A program made the position numbers and the translations under genes. A DNA stretch of 19,104 nt from Candidatus Hodarchaeota archaeon (lineage in GTDB: Archaea; Asgardarchaeota; Heimdallarchaeia; Hodarchaeales; Hodarchaeaceae): positions 1-19,104 of the forward strand of contig JAHQWW010000073.1 of assembly GCA_029856365.1 (NCBI GenBank), written 5' to 3'. The notes beneath the pieces are model-generated. The model worked only from the letters and a program-made list of their open reading frames with translations, searched no databases and was not told where the DNA came from. Of the stretch, positions 1-8,410 are shown piece by piece (position 1 is the first letter of the stretch; each line of letters begins with the position of its first letter).

Positions 1-21
1 TAGGGCTTTTACTAATGAGAC

Positions 22-495
22 TTAGAAACGAGTTTTTCGAGAAGAGACTTTGATCTTAACTGCGACACCTTTTCCTTTTAAAACCTCATATTTACTTCCA
101 CTCCCGTAAACTATTGGGATTTCGGATTTTATAACGGTATCGTCTCGTGTAGCATCATGTTCTCGAAGTTTAATAGGAATCTGTTTAGTTTTTGCCTTAT
201 CTGACTCATCAAATTCGATCCACAGAGTGAAATCTTGTTTAGCCGAGTAAGTGAGGTTCTCTTTAATGTTAACAGTTCCTTGGTGAGGAACTCGGTAATC
301 ATGTTTTAAAGTTCCCTTTCCTCCAACCTCGAAGTAAAATTCTCCTGTTCTATCTATTGGGCTTGTTTCGTGAACATCTTCTACTCGTATGGACATCAAG
401 CTAATGATATTTTGATATCGGTTTGATTTCGATAGATCAGGCGCTTGACCTTTGGCATAAGTCTTTTTTCCCTTCACATATACCCTACGTGACAT
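22..495 (-). CDS. Small beta-rich hypothetical protein, probable C2-like domain with basic N-terminus
   Basis: 157 aa ORF with ATG start and SD-like TGAGG on the minus strand (506-510). The segments IRVEDVHETSPIDRTGEFYFEV and IPIKLREHDATRDDTVIKSEIPI resemble the conserved ends of C2 domains. The CDS is well supported and the product call is tentative. Confidence 0.6.
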   Translation of the reverse strand: MSRRVYVKGKKTYAKGQAPDLSKSNRYQNIISLMSIRVEDVHETSPIDRTGEFYFEVGGKGTLKHDYRVPHQGTVNIKENLTYSAKQDFTLWIEFDESDKAKTKQIPIKLREHDATRDDTVIKSEIPIVYGSGSKYEVLKGKGVAVKIKVSSRKTRF

Positions 496-684
496 TTTGA
501 CACTTCCTCATATTTTCAATAGAATTATTTAACTAAAAACTACTATATTCTCCCTTGAGAGATGTGATTTAAAAGTCTGTGTCCTTTTCATGGATTTCTG
601 CATTCAAATCCTTATAGAAGGTTTTACTTGTTAATGAGTCCAATGCTATTGCTAGTGTATTCCAAACATGTTTTATGAAATAGA

Positions 685-2007
685 TTACTCTGATATAGGT
701 TGTGATTCAGGAATAACTGGTAAAATAGAGACTGATTCCACAGTCGTGACTGTTTTTTCAACATAACGGAATCTTGTAAAAAACCATGAATAACCCAAGA
801 ATAACATTCCAAAGAGACTTGATGCTACTAGCACTGGAATGATTCCGAAGAACTCTCCAAGAATTCCTGAAAGAATGATGGCAATCGGGCCTGATCCTTG
901 CGCAATAGTTAAACGTACTGAATATACCCGACCTAGTTTCTCAGGGGGAACTATCTTCTGCCAGATAGTTTGAGATGATACATTAGCAATTGGAAGACCA
1001 AAACCATTCAAAAATACACCAAGAATAAGTAAAGGATAGAGACCTTGGGGTGCAAAACTGCAAACCATAAATCCAAAATACATGATAAAAATGCCTAATG
1101 CTACTCCATGAGCATTATTCTCAAATCCTTTCCATGATGACATGATCATTGAAGCGCCAATAATCCCAGCTTGTACTATTGCAAATAGAAAAGCTAATTC
1201 CTCCGCGCCTCCAAGGTGAACATCCTTAACAAATAATGGCAATAAAACATAGAGAGGCCTCATAAAAAAGTTTGCTGCAGTAAAAACAGTCAATAAGGCT
1301 AGCAATCCTTGCTGATTTCTGATGAAAATAATACCTTCAGATAGCTCGGTAATGAAAGGTGTTTTTTCTTTCACTATTGTGGATGTTTTAACTGAAGGAA
1401 TGGAAATGATAATAGTTGGAATAATGGCAATCATGAATGTAATAGCATCTAACCACAAAACATCTTGGAGTATAAAATAATTAAGTAGTAGTGCACCAAC
1501 AAGTGGTCCTACCATAAGAATTACTCCGTTAAATAAATAATCTAATCCATTCATTCGACTTAATTTTTCTTTAGGCACTAATAAAGGAATAATTGCTTGG
1601 ACAGCAGGACCATGAAACGCTTGAAAGACCCCTCTAAGGGTTATTATTGCTAAGACGAACCAGACATTTGCTATTCCAATCATGAACATGTATATCAAAC
1701 CAATAGTGGCTACTGCTTGCGAAAAATCGACAGCTGCGATTAATTTCTTTCGTGACCATCTATCAACAAAAACCCCAGCTATTGGAGTAAAAAGCATTGT
1801 AGGTCCAAATCCTAAAAAAGTCGATAGAGCCAAGAAAAATTCGCTTTCAGTTTCAACTGTTATCCACCAGATAATTGTGAATTGAACAACACTTGAACCC
1901 AATAAAGAAATTAATTGGCCAATCCAAAAAATAATATACCCTGTAAGATTATGATTGAATTGAATACTATTATTACTCTCTATTGGGACTTTATTATTTT
2001 CAGTCAC
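685..2007 (-). CDS. MFS transporter, MefA/DHA3 (macrolide efflux-like, MFS_3) family
   Basis: About 12 hydrophobic segments. N-terminal FWIGQLISLLGS, motif A AGVFVDRWSRKK, AFHGPAVQAIIPLLVPKEKLSRMNG and C-half WQKIVPPEKLGRV. GTG start preceded by SD-like GAGGG. Confidence 0.93.
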   Translation of the reverse strand: MTENNKVPIESNNSIQFNHNLTGYIIFWIGQLISLLGSSVVQFTIIWWITVETESEFFLALSTFLGFGPTMLFTPIAGVFVDRWSRKKLIAAVDFSQAVATIGLIYMFMIGIANVWFVLAIITLRGVFQAFHGPAVQAIIPLLVPKEKLSRMNGLDYLFNGVILMVGPLVGALLLNYFILQDVLWLDAITFMIAIIPTIIISIPSVKTSTIVKEKTPFITELSEGIIFIRNQQGLLALLTVFTAANFFMRPLYVLLPLFVKDVHLGGAEELAFLFAIVQAGIIGASMIMSSWKGFENNAHGVALGIFIMYFGFMVCSFAPQGLYPLLILGVFLNGFGLPIANVSSQTIWQKIVPPEKLGRVYSVRLTIAQGSGPIAIILSGILGEFFGIIPVLVASSLFGMLFLGYSWFFTRFRYVEKTVTTVESVSILPVIPESQPISE

Positions 2008-2041
2008 AGTTATTCCCTCTAGAAACGATTTAGCTTTAAAC

Positions 2042-2056
2042 TAAACCGTTGGTTTA
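2042..2056. promoter_or_regulatory. Inverted repeat TAAACC-GTT-GGTTTA, candidate operator in the divergent MFS/regulator promoter
   Basis: Perfect 6-bp arms with a 3-bp spacer, lying between TTTAAA (2035-2040) and TTTAAAAA (2053-2060) TATA-like boxes, 35-49 bp upstream of the MFS start. Confidence 0.35.
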
Positions 2057-2227
2057 AAAAATTTTTTGATATGGTAATCAATATTTAAAAACAAAGAAAT
2101 TTTATTCTTCGTGTAATGTAAAATCTAAGAAATTAACATCTACAAGTGGTTATTCATAATTTGGACCTTTATTAACAATTTAGTCTTAACTAAACTGTAT
2201 TAAAAAAGTTCATTGTGGTCAATCATA

Positions 2228-2989
2228 ATGAGATCATCGCAATCGAAAGTTTTGTCAACAAAGAACGAAAGAATCAGAAAACTACCAAAACTGATTTCTG
2301 AATCTAAGTTTAAAAAGACCATATTCGCTCATTGGCAAAAAATACCTGTGATAAAAGAAATAGCAGAATCAATGCCAGAAGAATTGGTTTTACAAGAAGT
2401 TAGATCGGCAATTCTAGATATATTGCGTAATGGAATTGAGGAGTATGATGAAAGACGCGATCTTATCGAAATTAGACATGTTTTTTCAGTCAAAGAGCTA
2501 CATAAATTAATAAGAGAGAAAATCTCCAAAAAAATTAAACTTTCTAATGTTTATTTTCACTTAAATCAGTTGAAAGAAAGAGGATTCGTCCAAATAGTCA
2601 CTAGTATAAAAGAAGGACGTCAAATCACTCATTTTTATGGAAGAACTGCAAAGTTATTTCTTTGGATGGGAGAGACTCTTGATGAAACAGAATTAACTGA
2701 TGATTCTATTTTTCATAAATTTATGGCCCTAATGCAGCATTTTAATTCTGATCTTACAGTAGAAACTATTGAGACACTTTATAAATCCCTTTTAAATACT
2801 AAACAAGAAACTCATAACCGAGTGAAAATGTGGATGGAAAATAACTTGGAAAAATTAACAGAACTAAATATGGATACGAGAGATGTTTATAACTTTCTTA
2901 GATCCATTGATAGATGTAATCCTGAGTCAATAGAGGTGCATAACAAGATTATAAGACTGTTGAATTTTCCAATTGACTCCAACACCTAA
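2228..2989 (+). CDS. Winged-helix (ArsR-like) transcriptional regulator with helical C-terminal domain
   Basis: EVRSAILDIL...FSVKELHKLI...IKLSNVYFHLNQLKERGFVQIV...ITHFYGRTAK is an HTH plus beta-wing pattern. It is divergent from the MFS gene. ATG at 2228 preferred over TTG at 2213. Confidence 0.8.
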   Translation: MRSSQSKVLSTKNERIRKLPKLISESKFKKTIFAHWQKIPVIKEIAESMPEELVLQEVRSAILDILRNGIEEYDERRDLIEIRHVFSVKELHKLIREKISKKIKLSNVYFHLNQLKERGFVQIVTSIKEGRQITHFYGRTAKLFLWMGETLDETELTDDSIFHKFMALMQHFNSDLTVETIETLYKSLLNTKQETHNRVKMWMENNLEKLTELNMDTRDVYNFLRSIDRCNPESIEVHNKIIRLLNFPIDSNT

Positions 2990-3129
2990 ATTAAATATTA
3001 GATAAGAAAAATTTGGAAAAAAAATTATTAAATAACCAGTATTACTATTTTCGACAATTATTATTGGATTTCAGAAGCCTAAATTTTCCATTCTAATAAC
3101 AACAGACTTTTTTACTTATTTAATTATCA

Positions 3130-4965
3130 TTGATTTCAGCCAAGATGGTTATAATGTTTAAGATACCAAATGAAGACATTTGTAGAATCTTAGTCCACAA
3201 GATAGAAGATGAATATGATCTTAAAAATCGATTAAATCGTTATAAGAGTCAATCAGAGCTGATTACCCTAGCTTCGAATCAAGGCTTAACTGAAATTGAT
3301 GATGCAGTGCGTGCGCTTTTTGTAGCTGATTTCATTGTGACTGCTTCCGAAGTTCCTTCTGGTGGAACGGATGACGAGCGATATCGTTCTGTCTTTCACT
3401 CTTTCATCAGAGGTCGTACTCGCTGTTCATCATCAGATTACTTGATGAGAATTTTCTATCTTGCATATAAGACAGCTACCAGCATTCGACGTCAGGACTT
3501 ATTTATGGCTGGTCGGGGATTATCACGGAAGGCTGCATTAGTGCGGTTAAAAGATAGTTATATTACCCCTTACCTTGCAGTGGTATCAGAAATTTTAGGT
3601 AAGGGTTCTTGTGGATGGGAACTAGGCGTATTATCCGCTGCTATGAAAAGAATGTACCCTGACAACGAAATTCAACAATTTGATAATTTACCTGAATACA
3701 TGGAGTATCAAGCATTAACTGAATCTATTTGGCGCTTAATGATAAGTTATAGCGAGAAACAAATCGTAGAAACAAACCCTAATCCGATTATTCCAAATAT
3801 GAATGAGAGTCAAAGTCTTTTACTTCTTGATGCTAAACAAACCTCGCTACTATCTTTATGGAATACTACTCCCCCAAATGCTCTTAAGTTACAAGTCGAA
3901 TTGCCTTCGCTTGTAAAATTCGTAAATCAACCTGTTGATGGAAAACAATTGGTACTTATGAGAGGGAGCATATTAGATACCATGGAACATTTTTTCATTA
4001 TTCGGGATCCTTTTACCCGTGCTAAACCAATGTTTATTATTAAGACACCCGCAGATGAACTTAATCTTTCAAGAGTCCTTACAGTTCTTCATTTACGTGG
4101 TCTTGAACAGCGTGGTTGGAAATCATTGTTTATTTCCAAGGAAGAACCTGTTGTTAGACCAAAAAAAATATCAGTCATTGAACCTAAAGAAATAGTTACG
4201 GGGGTAGAAAAAGAAGAACTTCCATTAAAAGAAGGCTTTTTTGCAAAAATCAAACGAGTATTGTTTGGCAAAAAATCACAAACAATTGTCAAAGAGAAAT
4301 CCGTTCTTAAACCTAAACCACAAAAATTTGAACCAATCAAAGAATTAAAGAGAGAGAAAAAACAAGGTTGGTTACCATTATTTATGTCCCAAAGTTCTTT
4401 CATCGCTCAAGGAATGACTGTTGATGCGGTTGGAGACATGAATCTTTTTGAACTATTTGACACGGTACGAGAAGAAAGCTATTACGTTGTTGGAACCTTT
4501 GAAACAGATTTTAAGAAAACGGACACTTTTTTTTTAACAAGATTAGATACCCTTCCAAGTACAGTGATTACTTTTTTCAATGGTTTAGATCAAGAAATGT
4601 CAAAATTGTATAAATCATGCTTTGGTGATAATCAAATATTAATTGAGGAGCTCTTTTTAATAGCCGATGACGATCAGAAACTTATTATTAGCTTAAATGG
4701 AAATCAAGAACGAGTTGTTGGCACTATTGCTACAACTTCTGTTGAAATTGCAGGGATTTCACAGCATATTGCAGATTGGCAATCAAGAGCTAAAACGGTG
4801 GAATCATTGCAACGTAGATCCTTACATATGAGAACTAATCAATTACTAGCAGCTAGACGCCATACTCCGTTTAATGAGGCGGTAGAAAGAATATATGGGT
4901 CCAATTTGAATATAGAAGCAGCAAGCCTTCTCACTATTGATCAACCTATTTTTTCCTTGAGGTAG
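3130..4965 (+). CDS. Multidomain hypothetical protein: helical N-terminus, central beta-rich domain, amphipathic helix, possible C-terminal roadblock-like domain
   Basis: 611 aa ORF whose true start may be ATG at 3145 or 3154. A Lys/Pro/Glu-rich linker contains EGFFAKIKRVLFGKK. The C-terminal region has an apparent alpha-beta-beta-alpha-beta-beta-beta-alpha pattern. The CDS is secure and the domain calls are tentative. Confidence 0.6.
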   Translation: MISAKMVIMFKIPNEDICRILVHKIEDEYDLKNRLNRYKSQSELITLASNQGLTEIDDAVRALFVADFIVTASEVPSGGTDDERYRSVFHSFIRGRTRCSSSDYLMRIFYLAYKTATSIRRQDLFMAGRGLSRKAALVRLKDSYITPYLAVVSEILGKGSCGWELGVLSAAMKRMYPDNEIQQFDNLPEYMEYQALTESIWRLMISYSEKQIVETNPNPIIPNMNESQSLLLLDAKQTSLLSLWNTTPPNALKLQVELPSLVKFVNQPVDGKQLVLMRGSILDTMEHFFIIRDPFTRAKPMFIIKTPADELNLSRVLTVLHLRGLEQRGWKSLFISKEEPVVRPKKISVIEPKEIVTGVEKEELPLKEGFFAKIKRVLFGKKSQTIVKEKSVLKPKPQKFEPIKELKREKKQGWLPLFMSQSSFIAQGMTVDAVGDMNLFELFDTVREESYYVVGTFETDFKKTDTFFLTRLDTLPSTVITFFNGLDQEMSKLYKSCFGDNQILIEELFLIADDDQKLIISLNGNQERVVGTIATTSVEIAGISQHIADWQSRAKTVESLQRRSLHMRTNQLLAARRHTPFNEAVERIYGSNLNIEAASLLTIDQPIFSLR

Positions 4966-5060
4966 TCTCAATATTGAAATCTAAGGAAAAGTTCTTGGTG
5001 AAAGGATGGGCTGTTAAAAGCTTACATTCATAGATTTTAATAAACCACAATCAATGGATA

Positions 5061-6716
5061 ATGAGGAGATTGACTAATATTAAAAAAAAAGAAAATAATA
5101 GATATGGAAGGCTTGTTTTTTATATGATTGCGTTATTGCCCTCCCTATTTACCTGGGTATTACTCATCGCTTTTGTTTTAATTTATTCTTTTGATATGAT
5201 GGACTATATTAAGGACAATAACATTTTTCCTGGGGCCCATGATTTCTTTATTATGATTATCTGGGCGGTTCCTATAGCGATTACTGGATCTTGCTGCGGA
5301 ATGGTTATAGATAAATATCCTAAGCATTTGGGGAAATTCACGACAGTTGGACTAGTTGGAAGTTCAGTCTTTCTAGTAATTGATATGATTGCATTACATT
5401 TAGTAAATGGATTATTCTTGATCATCGCAGTATTTTGCCTAGGGGCCTTTATGGGGATTTTAACTATTACTGCTCATACTATATACGGATCATCGATCAA
5501 ATGGACTCATCGTGGTAGAGGGTATTCATGGGCGATATTTGGTGGATTATTTTTTTGTATTTTATTGCTTTTAGGAACTGAAATTTTTAATTTAGACTTT
5601 TTCTTTTCTTTTTCCCTCATCTCCTTTCTTGGTAGCTTAATAAGCATTACTTTCTACTATTATACCCAAGACTGGCCCTTCTGGGAAAATGATCCTTGGG
5701 TGACACCTCTATTCCGTATTCTTAAGCGAGTATCCGTTGACGCATATTATTGGACGCATGCCCTTGTATATTTAATGATTGGCCTAACTTTCGGTTCACT
5801 TGCGCAAGCTGGTATTATCCTTGGTTTTAGTACCTTTCTTGATTTTAGTTGGTACAAATCTTTTTGGTTCGTTGTTCTTCTTGGAAGTTGTTTCTTTAGT
5901 CTCCCCTCTGGATTCCTTACTGATTATTGGGGAAGAAAGACATCAATAATTTTAGCTTTATATGGGATAGTTTTTGCTTCATTAATAGTTGGGTTGTTTA
6001 ACGACTATTCAACAACATTTTACTTATCTGCATTGATTATTGGTATATCTTTTGCTTTGATTCACCCAGCTTTGGATGGAAGTTTATGGGTAGATTTAGC
6101 TCCAAGAGATTCCGTTGGTAAATATTCCTCTCTTAATTTCCAATCTCTTGGTCTAGGAATTTACATTGGCTTCCCCTTAAGTTACTTATTTGTTTCTGAA
6201 CAAATCTTAGATATTACGTTGATTATGAACGTCTTCATCTTGCTTGGGTTAGCCATACTTGCTGGTTTACCATTATTTTGGATTGGAGATTCCTTTCCAC
6301 CATTAGAATTTTTTCTATTATTAGTCATTAATGACGCTGGAATGCCTATTTTTCATTATGATTTCGGGAGAGAGAAAGAACTTAAAGTAGATCTTCCTTT
6401 GATTTCTGGTGCCCTCTCAGCAGTAGGATCGTTCATGCTAGAAGCAACTGGAGAAGAAGGGGCAAACCTGAGTCTAGTTCGTCATGGAACTCACTTCATA
6501 ATTTCTGATGAAGGGAAGATGGGGCTTTCTGCAGCAATTTTTGCTAATAAAAATGACCCTGAACTACATAATCTCTTACAAAAGTTCTTACGGAAATTCG
6601 AGGAGAAATTCAAAGCTATTATCCCTACTTGGAGCGGAGACCTTAGCCAATTCTATGATGCAATAAATGACGCTGAACAAATTTTTGGGCCATTGGTGAC
6701 TATCCAAGTAGACTAG
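5061..6716 (+). CDS. MFS-fold 12-TM protein fused to a C-terminal longin-like domain
   Basis: I count 12 TM segments. Motif A GFLTDYWGRK in the C-half, degenerate GMVIDKYPKH in the N-half, and DLAPRDSVGK after TM10. The soluble tail from about residue 413 reads LLLVINDAGMPIFHYDF...LISGALSAVGSF...LLQKFLRKFEEKF...WSGDLSQF, which is typical of Asgard longin-type domains. Confidence 0.85.
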   Translation: MRRLTNIKKKENNRYGRLVFYMIALLPSLFTWVLLIAFVLIYSFDMMDYIKDNNIFPGAHDFFIMIIWAVPIAITGSCCGMVIDKYPKHLGKFTTVGLVGSSVFLVIDMIALHLVNGLFLIIAVFCLGAFMGILTITAHTIYGSSIKWTHRGRGYSWAIFGGLFFCILLLLGTEIFNLDFFFSFSLISFLGSLISITFYYYTQDWPFWENDPWVTPLFRILKRVSVDAYYWTHALVYLMIGLTFGSLAQAGIILGFSTFLDFSWYKSFWFVVLLGSCFFSLPSGFLTDYWGRKTSIILALYGIVFASLIVGLFNDYSTTFYLSALIIGISFALIHPALDGSLWVDLAPRDSVGKYSSLNFQSLGLGIYIGFPLSYLFVSEQILDITLIMNVFILLGLAILAGLPLFWIGDSFPPLEFFLLLVINDAGMPIFHYDFGREKELKVDLPLISGALSAVGSFMLEATGEEGANLSLVRHGTHFIISDEGKMGLSAAIFANKNDPELHNLLQKFLRKFEEKFKAIIPTWSGDLSQFYDAINDAEQIFGPLVTIQVD

Positions 6717-6764
6717 AGATTAGTTTTGAAAGTATCTACTTATGTATTGATTATTGATATACTG

Positions 6765-8204
6765 TCAATCATCCGAAATTCCAGAAAGATACTTCGCGAT
6801 TTTTTTTCGTTCATCGATATCATATTGTTTAAGGATAGCTATGTCTTCCATAACTGGACTACCACCACCGTGTATTCCTGCAACGGCTACAACACCACCA
6901 ATACCAGAACAAAGAGTATCTGACAGTGTTCTGAAGAGCTTGTACACATTCTCAGCAGAGACATCTTCTTTTCGTTTGATGTATTTTTGCAGAAAAGGAC
7001 CAGTTATTTCATTGAAAAAGTCTTTTTCGTAAGGAAGAGTGGCAGGTAATCCTCCAGCAAGATCAGCTAGAGTTTCTAGTTCGTGGTAATAATTTTTCCC
7101 AGCGTGTTTTCGCCCTACATTACAGAAAACTGGATCAGGAATCATTGTCCCTGATTCATCTTTTGTCGCTTTATAGGCTGAGGCAATTCCCGCTGCATTA
7201 ACAAGTTCAGCTATGCTAATTAAGTCTGCGAGTTTAGATTGAACATGTTTTTTATCTTCTACACCATTGTACTCTGTAACTAGCGCACTATAGCCCATAA
7301 TAATATCGGTAGTCGCAGGTTTACATCCAGTATAACTATGCCGGTGGTACAGAGCAAACAACAGAGCTAACCAACCCCCAAACTGATGTTCACCCTCATA
7401 ACCCCCTAGAAACACCCTATCGTTTGGAATAAATGTATCATCAAAAATGATAAAATTTTCAACATCACCTAGATCTGCTGAAGGACAAGGCGTGTGATCA
7501 CGTGGTCTCATATTAGACGCTCGTGTAACAAGATAAACGTTATCCCAATCCCCAGGAATGGCAAAAGAAACTGCATATTGATCCTCCTCTGAGGTCAAGA
7601 ATCGTGTTGGAGTAACGATGATCTCTTCAGCTACCGCAGCTGCAGTAATATGATTCTTGGCTCCCCGAACCACAATACCATCATCACGATGCTCTACAAC
7701 ATGAACGTACAAATCAGGATCAGCTTGTTGATGAGGCCTCAGAGATCGGTCTCCTTTAACATCTGTCTGCGCACAAGTCGCAATAATGTCATTTTTTTGC
7801 CAGAATTTTAGATACTCTAGCCAACGTTGATGATACGGTTTACCCGTCATTGTCTCCGCACGATGAGTTATAATTGAGAGCGCATTCATTGCGTCAATGC
7901 CCATGCAGCGAAATATGCATCCTCCTGTATAACGACAAATCCTTCTTGTCATCTCTTGTTTCTTGAGAAGATCATCAACAGATTGATGAATATGAGTAAA
8001 TCTATTTACAGTCTCACCAGTAATATGGGACTTGACAGATAGTAAATCTTTAAATTCTGGTTCATTAACTCTATCTAGGGTTTGAGAAATTGTCTTTATT
8101 ACTCCATCCATTCTCGGATCTTTCCGACCAACCTTCTCCCCATTAATGAATAGATTATGCTTCATTTTGTATAAGCTCTCTCTATATTCTTGAGAAGTCT
8201 TCAT
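6765..8204 (-). CDS. abfD: 4-hydroxybutyryl-CoA dehydratase / vinylacetyl-CoA isomerase family protein (AbfD-like, HpaB fold, [4Fe-4S]+FAD)
   Basis: GGCIFRCMGIDA (CxxxC), QTDVKGDRSLRPHQQADPDLYV, GIVVRGAKNHIT, YHRHSYTGCK (His and Cys cluster ligands), DLAGGL and HGGGSP. ATG at 8204 preferred over TTG at 8213. Confidence 0.85.
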   Translation of the reverse strand: MKTSQEYRESLYKMKHNLFINGEKVGRKDPRMDGVIKTISQTLDRVNEPEFKDLLSVKSHITGETVNRFTHIHQSVDDLLKKQEMTRRICRYTGGCIFRCMGIDAMNALSIITHRAETMTGKPYHQRWLEYLKFWQKNDIIATCAQTDVKGDRSLRPHQQADPDLYVHVVEHRDDGIVVRGAKNHITAAAVAEEIIVTPTRFLTSEEDQYAVSFAIPGDWDNVYLVTRASNMRPRDHTPCPSADLGDVENFIIFDDTFIPNDRVFLGGYEGEHQFGGWLALLFALYHRHSYTGCKPATTDIIMGYSALVTEYNGVEDKKHVQSKLADLISIAELVNAAGIASAYKATKDESGTMIPDPVFCNVGRKHAGKNYYHELETLADLAGGLPATLPYEKDFFNEITGPFLQKYIKRKEDVSAENVYKLFRTLSDTLCSGIGGVVAVAGIHGGGSPVMEDIAILKQYDIDERKKIAKYLSGISDD

Positions 8205-8410
8205 TCCATTCAACTCACGATCTTTTTATCAAAAAAAGGTCTTATGTCTCAGGATTTTATATTTTTTATATTTTTTTTCAGAAAATAGTATTTGAAAAGG
8301 TAATAAATCTAGTTTTATTTTCTGCATTTGTGAGAAACTTATTATATTTAAAATGTCCAATATACTCGCTAATAACTCAAATAATCACTATAATCATCTA
8401 GAAATATAGT

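Noticed and set aside
6765-8213. Calling this gene 4-hydroxyphenylacetate 3-monooxygenase (HpaB), or taking it as proof of a hydroxybutyrate carbon-fixation cycle
   Set aside because: The Fe-S ligand motifs indicate the AbfD branch. AbfD homologues also occur in fermentative pathways, and no other cycle gene is present in the window.
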